Positions 22,963 through 32,938 of a DNA stretch of 39,096 bases are shown piece by piece. A model generated the notes under the pieces. The model made no database searches. It was given only the letters and a program-made list of their open reading frames with translations, and was not told the origin of the DNA. The stretch is from the IMG/VR virus record IMGVR_UViG_3300045988_041986, positions 1-39,096 of that record; one strand, written 5' to 3'. The stretch is from a virus. Both the position numbers and the translations under genes were made by a program. How positions within the stretch are numbered: the first letter of the stretch is position 1; every line of letters starts with the position of its first letter.

Positions 22963-25392
22963 TTAAGTATAAATCAGTTTTGTCACCGTTTTATCAACGA
23001 AATGGCCCATTTCTTCATCGTCCATTTCAATTTTGACCTGTGACAAAGCATCCTTGAATGCTTCAACCATAGAATCGTAGCTTCTTCCACCACTTGCTGA
23101 AACACTGCCATTCACATTGAATGCGTCAGACATTCCACTCGCCAATGCTTCTGTCTGGCTGATTAGCTCAGGGCTTGCTTTTCTTAATGAATCGCTCAAT
23201 CCATCGACCATGTCAGGCATCCAGCTTTCATACTCAGCCAATGGGCCTTCATCAGGTCTTGAGAAATGAAGGAAAGACTTGATTTTGTTTGCAAGATCGC
23301 TGACTGCACTTGTGACTTTATGGATCGCACTCCTGATACCGTTTGCGATACCCTGAACCATATCAACACCCCAGTTATACAACTGACCAGGAAGACTTCT
23401 GATTTTCCCGATGATGTTATTTACAAGCCCAGATGCGGCATTTGCACCCGCTTGTGCCAACTGTCTCGCAAAGTTCCATGCGTTATTCAATGTACTTGAC
23501 AGCCAATTCCATACAGCAGATGGAAGACCACGGATGAATGATACAACCCTGCTAACAAAATTAGAACCTGCTTCAGAAGCCCTAGAAACCATGTTAGAAG
23601 CCCAATTCTGTACGTTACTTATAACTCCACCAAGGAATGCTCCAATACGTCCAGGAAGAGCCTGAAACCACGATATGAGGTTGCCTATGAATCCACCTAC
23701 CGATTTAATTGCATTTCCGACCGTGTCCTTGAATGCATTCCACACGTTTATAACAGCATTTCGGAATCCCTCGTTTGTATTCCATAATGTGATGATTGTT
23801 GCTATTAGTCCTGCAAGCAACGATACAACAAGCATAATCGGATTTCCGTTCATTACACCATTAAGCAATGCCTGTGCAACAGTTGCACCTTCATTTGCCT
23901 CCTGATATCTCTTAACCGCTGTAACAACGCCATTAATCATTGACGCAACATTCCATGTCACCATTGCCGTTCCGATTCCTGCAACAAGTGAAATAATCAT
24001 ACTGCCATTGTCCATGATGAATCCGAATAAATCACCAACACAGGAAATAATATCATCAATGACAGAAACGACAGAATCCATATCCATGTTGTCTATTGCA
24101 TTTGTTATGTTTGGTATCCACTCGTCAGCGGCCTTTTGAAGAATCGGCTGTAATGCTTCACCAAGCTTTGAATTAATCGTATCACTCAATGTCGAAAGTC
24201 TGCCATCCAAATTCTGAGACTGTGCATCCATTGACTTGAAGTATTTGCCACCTTCAGATGTTGAGCGCTTCATAGACTCCGTGATCTCGTCAACTGACAT
24301 TTTGCCTTTTGATATTCTGTCATACAAGCTTTGCATACTTTCTCCTGTATGTTCAGATATTTCCTGTAACGGGTTGAATCCTGCATCAATCATCATGTTT
24401 ATGTCTTCAAGCGATACTTTCTGCGCTGAACTCATTTTCCCATAGGCTCTCGAAATGCTGTCCAGCTTGTCCGCATTTCCCTGTGAGATATCGCCAAGCA
24501 TCATCATACTATCGACAGCATCATCAGCACTAAAACCATAGTTCATCAGCAAAGATGTTGCATCTGCCAACTGTGGCATATCAAATGGAGTTTTTGCTCC
24601 AATATCAGCAAGCTTTTTGACTGTCTCGCTCGCCTTGTCTGCTGAACCTGTCATGACCGTAAACGATGTCATGTAATACTCCATTGACTTCTGATAGTCA
24701 ACTGCACCACCTACAAGCGACTTGAATCCATCCACAACCTTGCTGATAGCCTGTGATGCAAGATTAGCCATCGTACCTTTTAATACTGTAAAACCATCAT
24801 TAAGGTTTTTCGATGCACCATCAGCATCACCCATCTTTTTCGACAGATCATCAACCTGTTTTGCACTTCCATCAGATTCTTTGCCGAGATTGTCAATCTC
24901 TTTTGTTGTCTTGATAACGTCAGCTTTGGTATTATTCATCTGCACTGCAAGCTGTGATAGTGATTTCTTGTTATTGTCCTGCGCCGTTGTACTTTCATCA
25001 TACTGTTTTTGAAGATCATCAACAGCCTTTTTCTGTTCTTCGTACTCTTTGCTGTTTTTGCCACACTGGGCTTCGATGCTTGCAAGTTTTCCTTTTGCAT
25101 CTTCAAGTTTTTCACCGAGTTGAATATGCTCATTTGCTGACTCCTTAACAGCTTCATAATACTGCTTGTACTGGTCAGAAACTAACTTCAGCTTTGATTT
25201 CTGCTCTTCAAGTCGCTTGTTCAGCACGTCACTCTTAGCTGTCAATGCATCTGTGCTTGTATCATTTTTGTCGTATGTACTTGTGACAATCTTCATTTCG
25301 GAAGATACTTCACGCAAGTTCTGTGTGATCTGTCTCAATGCACGCCTGTATTCACTCTCGCCCTGAAGTTTAATTGTTCCACCTAATGCCAT
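22963..25392 (-). CDS. Tail tape measure protein
   Basis: 809 aa with an N-terminal coiled coil, the TP901-type core GAKTPFDMPQLADATSLLMNYGF...INMMIDAGFNPLQEI, and hydrophobic segments. Confidence 0.9.
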   Translation of the reverse strand: MALGGTIKLQGESEYRRALRQITQNLREVSSEMKIVTSTYDKNDTSTDALTAKSDVLNKRLEEQKSKLKLVSDQYKQYYEAVKESANEHIQLGEKLEDAKGKLASIEAQCGKNSKEYEEQKKAVDDLQKQYDESTTAQDNNKKSLSQLAVQMNNTKADVIKTTKEIDNLGKESDGSAKQVDDLSKKMGDADGASKNLNDGFTVLKGTMANLASQAISKVVDGFKSLVGGAVDYQKSMEYYMTSFTVMTGSADKASETVKKLADIGAKTPFDMPQLADATSLLMNYGFSADDAVDSMMMLGDISQGNADKLDSISRAYGKMSSAQKVSLEDINMMIDAGFNPLQEISEHTGESMQSLYDRISKGKMSVDEITESMKRSTSEGGKYFKSMDAQSQNLDGRLSTLSDTINSKLGEALQPILQKAADEWIPNITNAIDNMDMDSVVSVIDDIISCVGDLFGFIMDNGSMIISLVAGIGTAMVTWNVASMINGVVTAVKRYQEANEGATVAQALLNGVMNGNPIMLVVSLLAGLIATIITLWNTNEGFRNAVINVWNAFKDTVGNAIKSVGGFIGNLISWFQALPGRIGAFLGGVISNVQNWASNMVSRASEAGSNFVSRVVSFIRGLPSAVWNWLSSTLNNAWNFARQLAQAGANAASGLVNNIIGKIRSLPGQLYNWGVDMVQGIANGIRSAIHKVTSAVSDLANKIKSFLHFSRPDEGPLAEYESWMPDMVDGLSDSLRKASPELISQTEALASGMSDAFNVNGSVSASGGRSYDSMVEAFKDALSQVKIEMDDEEMGHFVDKTVTKLIYT

Positions 25393-25404
25393 GCACTCAC
25401 CTCC

Positions 25405-25988
25405 TTAAAACCAATCATCTTCATGTTGTGATTTTTCATATGCCTTCGCATAGGTTGTTCCTGTCTTTTCAAGCATCAGCTCAAAGTCAAAATCGTTCTT
25501 GTAATGTTTGTATAACAGGTTGAAAGTTGTCAGTGTCAATCTTCCAACTTCATGAAATGTAAAACCGAGTTTGTTACGCCCGATAAAGTAGAACCATGTA
25601 AAGTCTATCGGCTCTGGTTCATCTTCATCGGGTATTATGCGTTTTTTTCGGCACTCTTAGTGCTGTCAACGACAACACCATTCATTAACTGTGCAGATGA
25701 TTTCAAGCCAATTTCTGTGATCATTCTGCCGACCTGCTTTTTAGTAAGCATCTTTTCTTCTGTACCATTTTCTTCGTTATCTATGTCAATTCCTTCATTC
25801 AGCATTGCCGTGATTCCAAAGATAACAGCCTTTGCGTTTGGCTCACCATTGTTTTTTGCACCATCTGTGAGTTTGCCCCAGTATTCAAGTGTTCTGTACT
25901 TATCTTGAATAACTTGCATCACGTTCAGATTAAAAACTAGCTTGTATTTCTTCCCTTTGTATTCAAGTGTCTTTGAGATTTCCTTCAT
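25405..25988 (-). CDS. Tail assembly chaperone G-T fusion made by programmed -1 frameshift
   Basis: The zero frame ends at 25635. The slippery heptamer A_AAA_AAC is at 25641-25647. The -1 frame stays open for about 80 codons (KKRIIPDEDEPEPIDFTWFYF...HEDDWF) and stops at 25405-25407, just before the TMP RBS. Confidence 0.7.
25635..25988 (-). CDS. Tail assembly chaperone (gpG-like)
   Basis: 117 aa, located between the major tail and tape measure genes. Confidence 0.75.
   Translation of the reverse strand: MKEISKTLEYKGKKYKLVFNLNVMQVIQDKYRTLEYWGKLTDGAKNNGEPNAKAVIFGITAMLNEGIDIDNEENGTEEKMLTKKQVGRMITEIGLKSSAQLMNGVVVDSTKSAEKNA
25641..25647 (-). other. -1 ribosomal frameshift slippery site A_AAA_AAC
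   Basis: On the minus strand GCC GAA AAA AAC GCA TAA gives an X_XXY_YYZ heptamer two codons before the gpG stop. Confidence 0.7.
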
Positions 25989-26000
25989 GTTTTATCCTCC

Positions 26001-26032
26001 AAATAAAATAAGACAGGGACTAACCCTGTCTT
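26001..26032 (-). terminator. Intra-operon hairpin/attenuator after the major tail protein gene
   Basis: AAGACAGGG / CCCTGTCTT 9-bp stem with a 5-nt loop, followed on the minus strand by ATTTTATTT. Confidence 0.5.
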
Positions 26033-26042
26033 GAATATTCTT

Positions 26043-26603
26043 TTAGGCTGTCTTTGCCATAAGTCCTTCAAGATATGTGACAGCTTCAGTCTTTGTATCA
26101 AACGTTTTAGATTTCGACCATGTTCCATCTGCCAATGTCGCCACCGTTCCTGCAAGTTCAGATGTGCTGAATGATACGCTTTCACCTTTTGTAGAATCAT
26201 CCTGTGACGGTTCTGAAAATTTAACCTTGCATAGGAATTCTACTGTGTACTTGTAAGCACCATTCACCATTTTTGTGACGATTCTTCCGAAACCAACATA
26301 TGGTGCAACATCGTTTGCATTTCTGACAAGCTCTGAGCCTTCTTCTGAAACCGTATGTCCTAGAAGATCTGCCATAGTTTGCACATCTTCATTGTCGATT
26401 CCTACTGTAACAGAGCCCTTTTGGAAAGATGTATCGCTCTCAGCCAATACATCATCTGCATACAAAGATGCATCATTATTACTGATATCCACCTTACAGG
26501 AAATAGCCTTGGCTGGCTTTTTCGCGCCATCATAACTTGCTTTACCTGCTTCCGATTCTGTAAGTTTTGAATATCGAAAGTTGTTTAAACCTATTTTAGC
26601 CAT
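26043..26603 (-). CDS. Major tail protein (phi13-like family)
   Basis: The N-terminus MAKIGLNNFRYSKLTESEAGKASYDGAKKPAKAISCKVDISNNDASLYADD and the gene position support the call. Confidence 0.75.
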   Translation of the reverse strand: MAKIGLNNFRYSKLTESEAGKASYDGAKKPAKAISCKVDISNNDASLYADDVLAESDTSFQKGSVTVGIDNEDVQTMADLLGHTVSEEGSELVRNANDVAPYVGFGRIVTKMVNGAYKYTVEFLCKVKFSEPSQDDSTKGESVSFSTSELAGTVATLADGTWSKSKTFDTKTEAVTYLEGLMAKTA

Positions 26604-26951
26604 TTATTCGCTCCTTTCAATTGAGAAACATAATGTCTTGTGGTAATACTTCGTATCATCCTCATACATATCTTCGGATGAACGGTCAGGTTCCCACATA
26701 AACCCGACAGCTTTAAGCAATACTTTTAACGCCTTGATAATCGGCTTGTAATTGCCCTTTGAGTAAATATCAAAATCATAATATTCAACGTAGTTCAGCA
26801 GTTCATCATCACCATGCAACGTGCTGTCCGCATCTGTCATTGTGTAAGTGATGTATGTTTCCGAACTTCCATTATATCGTAAGAACTTTACTGGAATTTT
26901 TTTGCCGTTGACCGTAAAATCACTCAATGTTTTTTCAATGAGATTATTCAT
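26604..26951 (-). CDS. Tail terminator / tail completion protein (by position)
   Basis: 115 aa, located between the gp10-like and major tail genes. Confidence 0.4.
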   Translation of the reverse strand: MNNLIEKTLSDFTVNGKKIPVKFLRYNGSSETYITYTMTDADSTLHGDDELLNYVEYYDFDIYSKGNYKPIIKALKVLLKAVGFMWEPDRSSEDMYEDDTKYYHKTLCFSIERSE

Positions 26952-27372
26952 CTAACAGTCCCCCGCTCAACTTCTTCTGCGCTTCTTCCATTGCTTTCAT
27001 GATTTGTGACTTTTTGAAAGACTTTCGGAAAAAAGGATGCTTTGGATATTTCCTTTTGTCACTGCCATACTCGAACATATTAGCAACAAGTGGTGCAGGA
27101 GTCTTCTTGCCTTTCTTGTTTTTAAAATATCCAGTGATCATGACTTTCGTGTTGATACCATCATCTGACGGTGTTTTATACACTCGTGACAGCTTCACGT
27201 TTTTTGTGAAGCCTGAACTTTTCAGCGCTTCTGGAAGTGCCGAAATAGCATTCTTATAAACAACCTCTGCACCTGCTTGTGTCATACCACCAAAGATGTG
27301 ATCAAACTGCTTGTCGATGTAAGATATATCCTTCAGCACGCTATCATCAATATCAACCGTGAATTTTGCCAT
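26944..27372 (-). CDS. HK97 gp10-like neck/tail-completion protein
   Basis: The segments GGMTQAGAEVVYKNAISALPE...FEYG...PKHPFFRKSF resemble the HK97-gp10-like family. Confidence 0.6.
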   Translation of the reverse strand: MAKFTVDIDDSVLKDISYIDKQFDHIFGGMTQAGAEVVYKNAISALPEALKSSGFTKNVKLSRVYKTPSDDGINTKVMITGYFKNKKGKKTPAPLVANMFEYGSDKRKYPKHPFFRKSFKKSQIMKAMEEAQKKLSGGLLDE

Positions 27373-27698
27373 CAGTGAGTCACTTCCTTTGCCTGAATTT
27401 CTAATTCTACGCTGTTTTCATCAACGTTGTTGAGATATTCAATGGAATAAGTTTTTTCGTGAAAATCAATCAGCATATCTCTTGTGATTTTTGTTTTCGG
27501 ATAACGAATCGTGAAGTTGGTGTATGCTTTTTCAAAATCAGAATTGTTTGCAATCAGCGTAAATCCTTTTGTTGTTCTCACATATGCATATGGTGTAAGA
27601 ATCACCTTCTTCTGTTCTGTCTGAAAGCCATCATCATCAGTAACAATGACGGTCTTATATATCGTGATACGCTTTGAATACTTCCCTGCATTTAACAT
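27372..27698 (-). CDS. Head closure / head-tail adaptor protein (SPP1 gp16-like)
   Basis: KRITIYK...DDDGF...YAYVRT...NFTIRYPKTKITRDMLI...YSIEYLNNVDE...LEIQAKEV is the typical head-tail joining pattern. Confidence 0.75.
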   Translation of the reverse strand: MLNAGKYSKRITIYKTVIVTDDDGFQTEQKKVILTPYAYVRTTKGFTLIANNSDFEKAYTNFTIRYPKTKITRDMLIDFHEKTYSIEYLNNVDENSVELEIQAKEVTH

Positions 27699-27708
27699 GG
27701 TTCACACC

Positions 27709-28008
27709 TCACAAAAGATTGACACTGTGCATTGCGAGAATGCTCTGCACCGTGTTATTCAGGTCTTTACTATCAACATACATTGTTCGGTTATCCCACA
27801 TGTCCTGACAAAGAATAAGCACCACGATCACAAATTCAGGATATTTGTCAACACTAGCATCGTCAAGCCCTGTATAGCTCTTTATGTATGAGGTTGCAAT
27901 AGAAATAAGCGTGGTCAATGTATTTATTTCGCTGTCATTTACTTCATCCAGTCTCAAATAATCTGCGATGTTTTCTTCTGTAATATCACTAACCTTGCTT
28001 ATCTCCAT
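27709..28008 (-). CDS. gp6-like head-tail connector protein
   Basis: NIADYLRLDEVNDSEINTLTTLISIATSYIKSYTG is typical of the Phage_connect_1 family. Confidence 0.7.
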   Translation of the reverse strand: MEISKVSDITEENIADYLRLDEVNDSEINTLTTLISIATSYIKSYTGLDDASVDKYPEFVIVVLILCQDMWDNRTMYVDSKDLNNTVQSILAMHSVNLL

Positions 28009-28031
28009 ATCGCTCGCCCCTTTCTAATGAT

Positions 28032-29168
28032 TTATTTGCTATTCATGACAAGTTTTGCAAGTTTCTGAGTATCTGCGACTTTTGCATCCCACTCAACGAA
28101 AGCTAGAATTCCAAGTAAATGTTCTTCTGCATATCTTTCCTGCAACACCTGCATGTTAGCATCTTCTGAAACCTTCACTGCAAGACCTGAGAAGTCACCA
28201 TAATAAATGGTTGTTTTTCCTGCAAGAATCTTGTCCATCGCATCAGAGCAATAAACGTCTTTGCCTAGAAGTGTATATCCCCACTTTGCTGTAAAGTCAC
28301 GATTCAATAAATAATCGCCGTCATTATCTTTTAACTTTCTGATTGCATTTCGTGTTTCACGGTTCATAATCCATACAGAATTACCCTGATAGTTGTCGAT
28401 TACTTTGTCCTGCACATCCATTAGCTCGTCAGATGTAATCTTTGTGGCTGTGGCAGTTGTAACAGTCATATCTGCTGTAATTCCTTTTAAACCTTCAACC
28501 TTTCCTTCTGTGCCGAACAGAATTTCATGTTCGAAATAAAGTGCGATTGCCTGTGCCATTTTTGCTTCAACAAAGCCAACAATATCGAAGTTGGAATTGT
28601 TGATAAGACTCTTTGAAATTTTAGCAAGGCAACGTGCAAGGAATCCACCAAGAGTGATCTGGCTGATTACAACTTTACCAGACTCTGCTGTTGTTCCTTC
28701 ATCTGCATACTGCATCACGATTGAACTGTTCTGTGCATCATACTTTGGTAATACTAGATTGCCAGTGATGTTATAGCGATCTGCCATAGAGAACACAGGT
28801 GAGATTTCAATTACTTGAGAAATGATTTCATTCCAGACTGTTGTTGGAATAAGTGTCTTTGCATCGGCAGGCATTGTTGGTGTGTCCGTATTCACAATGC
28901 CACGAATTGCATTTTCAAACATCTTGTGATCTTTTTCTGCATTTGTCATTTCAACAGGTGCGCTTGGCACCTTCTGCATACCAAGCCCAGCCATCTGGTC
29001 ATACATGGCAACAGTTGCATCAATGTCCTTTACCTCTTTTTCAAGGTTTGCAAACTGTTTTTTTTCGTCTTCAGATGGCAATCTGTTTTCTGCCTTTGCA
29101 GTTGTTAGCAGATTTTCCATCTGAGCGACTTTTGAATTTCGATTTTCAATGAGTTCTTTTACGTTCAT
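28032..29168 (-). CDS. Major capsid protein, HK97 fold
   Basis: 378 aa with an N-terminal coiled-coil delta-like domain. It follows the ClpP-like prohead protease. Confidence 0.85.
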   Translation of the reverse strand: MNVKELIENRNSKVAQMENLLTTAKAENRLPSEDEKKQFANLEKEVKDIDATVAMYDQMAGLGMQKVPSAPVEMTNAEKDHKMFENAIRGIVNTDTPTMPADAKTLIPTTVWNEIISQVIEISPVFSMADRYNITGNLVLPKYDAQNSSIVMQYADEGTTAESGKVVISQITLGGFLARCLAKISKSLINNSNFDIVGFVEAKMAQAIALYFEHEILFGTEGKVEGLKGITADMTVTTATATKITSDELMDVQDKVIDNYQGNSVWIMNRETRNAIRKLKDNDGDYLLNRDFTAKWGYTLLGKDVYCSDAMDKILAGKTTIYYGDFSGLAVKVSEDANMQVLQERYAEEHLLGILAFVEWDAKVADTQKLAKLVMNSK

Positions 29169-29183
29169 TTCTTCACCCCTCCG

Positions 29184-29936
29184 TCATTTTTTTAATGAAC
29201 TAATAATATTTTCGTATGCCGAATAATCAAGCACACGATCCTCGACAGGCTTTTTAACCTGTTTTGGTTTTCTCAATGCATCTGGAACATGCTTATAATT
29301 TTTAAACAAGTCCGTTGCACATGCCTGTACATCCTTCACACTGTCCAATGCGTTCACATTGAAATAATTTCCGATGTACATATCATCATCTGCATTGCCA
29401 CTGAACCACGTTTCGTTGTCCACCAGCTCTGCAATCTTTTCTGCTGTGATTCCTTCTTTTGCCTTTGCTTCATACATTGGCAACATCATTCCGCTTTCAA
29501 TCAGATTTAATGTATCAATGTCATGTTGTAACTCGTTAGCATTTCCGTACGAACACGTCATTGGCTTATGAATCATCATTACCGAATTTTTGTAAATGTT
29601 GATATCATCTGCGACCATAGCAAGATATGTAGCGGAACTTGCACACATTCCATCAATATATGCATGAATCTTCGCTCCTGTGTTCTGTCTGAATCTCTTC
29701 AGCATGCTGACCATTGTCGAGCTTGCAAACACTGAGCCACCGCCACTATTGATGTAAATATTAAAATCTGTCACTCCTGTCAGACTGTCAAGCTCTGCCT
29801 TGAATGTGTTTGTGTCAATTGCTGTTTCTGATTTATCACCAAACCAGTCAGGCACGTTTTCATCAACTATATCGCCATAAATATAAAAATCAGCGCTTGT
29901 TTTTGCCAGATTCTTCAAGTACTTGTAATTCATCAT
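29184..29936 (-). CDS. ClpP-family prohead maturation protease
   Basis: INSGGGSVFASSTMVSMLKRF...IDGMCASSATYLAMVADDINIYKNSVMMIHKP. The likely start is MMNYKYL at 29936. The track ORF extends to 29990. Confidence 0.85.
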   Translation of the reverse strand: MMNYKYLKNLAKTSADFYIYGDIVDENVPDWFGDKSETAIDTNTFKAELDSLTGVTDFNIYINSGGGSVFASSTMVSMLKRFRQNTGAKIHAYIDGMCASSATYLAMVADDINIYKNSVMMIHKPMTCSYGNANELQHDIDTLNLIESGMMLPMYEAKAKEGITAEKIAELVDNETWFSGNADDDMYIGNYFNVNALDSVKDVQACATDLFKNYKHVPDALRKPKQVKKPVEDRVLDYSAYENIISSLKK

Positions 29937-31152
29937 CTGCCCCCTTTTCAGTTTCTTCAACTTTCTCAGCCGTTTCTTCTTCATTTCCACCTGTCACTTG
30001 TCCAGTGTTTGGCGTGTAATAAATTCCTGTGTTGGTGTCATACAATACTGCGCCAAGTCCAACATTGATCACGTCCATGCCCTCAATGTAATTGAGATTT
30101 TCCATTCGGCGCAACTCATTGATAGTCATAAGTCCTGTTTCTTTTGCAACCTTGTAAGCGTCGAATCTTTCCTTGATGCTTGCTTTCACAATTTCTTTCG
30201 TATCAAATTCAAAGAAGAAGTTTCGTTTTTCTTTTTCTAACAGCAGTGTGCTGTTTATAGCTGTCTCAAATGCTTTAATAATCGGATATATCGCTTCCTT
30301 GAATGTCAGGTTGAAGTCACTGTGAATATGGAATACTCCATTTATTTCATCCTGTAAAGTCTTCTTGCTCTCATTCAACTGCATTTCAACTGAACTATTT
30401 GACGACTCCTGAAACTTGATGCCGTTGTTTAGAACCATGACGGATTCGGTGTTGTTGGCGTATAACCTCTTCCATGCTTCTTTGAGCTTGTCCACTTCTT
30501 CTTGTCCAAGCCTACGCTCTGCCTGTAAGAATCCTTTTTTATTACCACCTGTCAGAACCAGTCCAAGCTGATATTTCAACGTACTGTATGCCGTTTCAAG
30601 GGCCTTTGAGATTTCTTCAGTCAATCCCTTTCCGCTTGCTCCATCTTTGGTGTTCCTCAACAACTTGACCATGTTCCATGGATATATTTTATTTGTCCCA
30701 ACATAGAACTGTACGAAACGGTTCATTGGGTCGGAATTTGACCACACAGTGACGTTCATATCTGGAATATATTTCAGCGCCGTTACGTTGTTCTGTCTGT
30801 CTCTTTGGATAAAACAATATCCACCCTTGCCAAGTAAGTAATCCTCGACCATGGCTTTTTTTGTCTGAAACCCGTCAAGCGTGTTTCCAGTGTCGCCATT
30901 AAGCATTCGTACACGGCTGTCTCTCTGCACTTCTTCAACTTTGCCGTTCTTGTACTTGTAAAGCTTCACAGGCATGGATGCAATCGAACCGCTGATAAAG
31001 TCAACGGCACCTGATACGGCAGGAAGTGTCAGAGCCTTATCTCTTGTGATGGTCTCATTATTAAGCAATGCCGACAACAGCGCATCGTCAAGCTGAACAC
31101 TTTGATCGTTAAGATTTATTTTGTTCTTGATTCTTTTCTTAAATAGTGCCAC
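29890..31152 (-). CDS. Portal protein (HK97 family)
   Basis: 420 aa between TerL and the protease. GTG start with a GAGGGGCGG RBS. The C-terminal tail is acidic. Confidence 0.85.
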   Translation of the reverse strand: MALFKKRIKNKINLNDQSVQLDDALLSALLNNETITRDKALTLPAVSGAVDFISGSIASMPVKLYKYKNGKVEEVQRDSRVRMLNGDTGNTLDGFQTKKAMVEDYLLGKGGYCFIQRDRQNNVTALKYIPDMNVTVWSNSDPMNRFVQFYVGTNKIYPWNMVKLLRNTKDGASGKGLTEEISKALETAYSTLKYQLGLVLTGGNKKGFLQAERRLGQEEVDKLKEAWKRLYANNTESVMVLNNGIKFQESSNSSVEMQLNESKKTLQDEINGVFHIHSDFNLTFKEAIYPIIKAFETAINSTLLLEKEKRNFFFEFDTKEIVKASIKERFDAYKVAKETGLMTINELRRMENLNYIEGMDVINVGLGAVLYDTNTGIYYTPNTGQVTGGNEEETAEKVEETEKGADDELQVLEESGKNKR

Positions 31153-31176
31153 TCTCGTTACCGCCCCTCGTTAGTA

Positions 31177-31234
31177 TTTTCTATTTGAAACATTTTTACA
31201 CACACATATTAGCATAAATGCACGTTTTTAGCAA
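31177..31234 (-). promoter_or_regulatory. Candidate internal promoter (TTGCTA, 17 bp, TAATAT) followed by a one-mismatch palindrome copy
   Basis: The -35 is at 31229-31234 and the -10 at 31206-31211. TTTTCTATTTGAAAC at 31177-31191 lies in the predicted 5' UTR of the portal gene. Confidence 0.35.
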
Positions 31235-32938
31235 TTAAATCATCTGGAATGTGAAGTCACCTTCATTCAAGAAATAATCCTGTTCTAGAAGGTAAATCGC
31301 ATTGATAAGTGATACAACCATATCAACCTTGCCGTTGCTCTTTTTCTTGCTGACATACATATTTTTGTTTGTGTCATATGCACATTTAGCATTCTGAAAG
31401 TTAATCTCTAGCAATTTATTTTCTGTATACTTGAATTTCTGTTTAAGTATTGCTTCTTTCATCCTCTTTGTCGGAGAATGCAAGACACTTGAATACTGTT
31501 TTATCTGAACCGTGTTATAGCCTTCATTAGCCAATTTCTGTGCAGTTGATAATGCATTCCATCTATCATATCCAATCGCCTGAATTTGCACGTTATAACG
31601 GCTCTCAATACTCAATATGAACTGCTCGACAAACGCATATGAGATAACTCTGTCACCACATGCAAACACCTTATCACTCTTCAATAGTTCTTGATAGTTC
31701 ACACGCTCTGAGATTGTTTTCTCTGTGATCCTGTCTGCTGGAATGAACGCAAAACTTTCTGCAAGAATGTTATCATCATCATCTACAGAAACCATGGCAA
31801 CAGATGTATTATCATTCGATTCTGAAAGGTCAACGCCTAAATATACAACCCTTCCGTTCCAATCAATATCTGCAACCTTGCACGCCTGAACATCCTTAAC
31901 ATCAATGAACGTTTCAGTTCCTTGCCCTTGATAGATAATATTGCAATGCTTTGTTACAAAGTTCTCTCGCTCGTTCTCAATGGCAATGGCTCTCGCACGT
32001 TTCTTGATAAGATCATCCCAAATTTCAGGGATTTCCAATGATGCAGGATTCGCCTGCTTCAAAACAAGATCGTCTGTTTCCCAGTCTGATGTTTTGTCAG
32101 GTTCATATAAAAGTGCAAAAACAGTATCGTCTTTCTCGATACCGTCCAGAACCTTCTTGGCATACGCAACTTCATCTTCAAACGGATTGTCGATTGTCGG
32201 GTATTTTGTACTGATAACGAACCCTAGTTTGTTGACAACGTTTAGCTGTCCTGATCTCATGGCTTCGACAGGATAACCGTTCGGCAATGCTCCAACTTCA
32301 TCTGCAATAAATGCGTTCGGCATACGTCCATCCATACGGTTGTTACTGTATGCTAACGGGATCAACGTGTTTTCATTCGGTTTGAATTTGATGTAGTCTC
32401 TTAACAACTTAAAACGCTTCGTTCCTTTATATTCATAAATAAGTGGACTGCTTTTGATTGTATCTGAGATTGCTTCTTTGATTTCTCTTGATAACGCACC
32501 ATCTGGCGCAACTGAAAAGAACTTTGAGAACTTTGGCTCTGTCAAAAACAAGATAATAAAGATTGTTCCGATTGTATATGTCTTGAAATTCTTTCTGCAA
32601 ATTTCCAAAAGCCCTGTCTCATATCTGCGCTTTTTCGGCTTGTCACGATATACCGTGCATAGCATGGCTGTATAAATTAGCCATTGATACCCCGTGGCGC
32701 ACTTATACATTGACTGTCCTGCTTTCAATCCCTTCGGCATGATAAGCAGTTTCAGAATATTTTCAATCTGCTGTACTTTCTTTTCTGATACGAAATACTT
32801 TCTGTCTTTTCCTTCTGCAATCTTCATCCAGTCTCGCATCTGTTTTTTGACGTATCTCGGTGTGGTTTTCTTTCTGACAGAGTTTTTGCAATATTCATAA
32901 GCCTTACTGCTCGTCACTGCCATCATCGTCACCGCCAT
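31235..32938 (-). CDS. terL: Terminase large subunit (Terminase_1 family)
   Basis: 567 aa with ATPase N-terminus (LEICRKNFKT, IADEVGA) and a nuclease C-terminal half. An alternative start at 32923 overlaps the terS stop. Confidence 0.9.
   Translation of the reverse strand: MAVTMMAVTSSKAYEYCKNSVRKKTTPRYVKKQMRDWMKIAEGKDRKYFVSEKKVQQIENILKLLIMPKGLKAGQSMYKCATGYQWLIYTAMLCTVYRDKPKKRRYETGLLEICRKNFKTYTIGTIFIILFLTEPKFSKFFSVAPDGALSREIKEAISDTIKSSPLIYEYKGTKRFKLLRDYIKFKPNENTLIPLAYSNNRMDGRMPNAFIADEVGALPNGYPVEAMRSGQLNVVNKLGFVISTKYPTIDNPFEDEVAYAKKVLDGIEKDDTVFALLYEPDKTSDWETDDLVLKQANPASLEIPEIWDDLIKKRARAIAIENERENFVTKHCNIIYQGQGTETFIDVKDVQACKVADIDWNGRVVYLGVDLSESNDNTSVAMVSVDDDDNILAESFAFIPADRITEKTISERVNYQELLKSDKVFACGDRVISYAFVEQFILSIESRYNVQIQAIGYDRWNALSTAQKLANEGYNTVQIKQYSSVLHSPTKRMKEAILKQKFKYTENKLLEINFQNAKCAYDTNKNMYVSKKKSNGKVDMVVSLINAIYLLEQDYFLNEGDFTFQMI

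Noticed and set aside
32560-32620. TerL Walker A reads CRKNFKT, with Phe where a Gly is usually expected before the Lys
   Set aside because: Large-terminase Walker A motifs are frequently deviant, and I cannot align against family members here. This is not enough to call the terminase defective. It could be checked by alignment to Terminase_1 family sequences.
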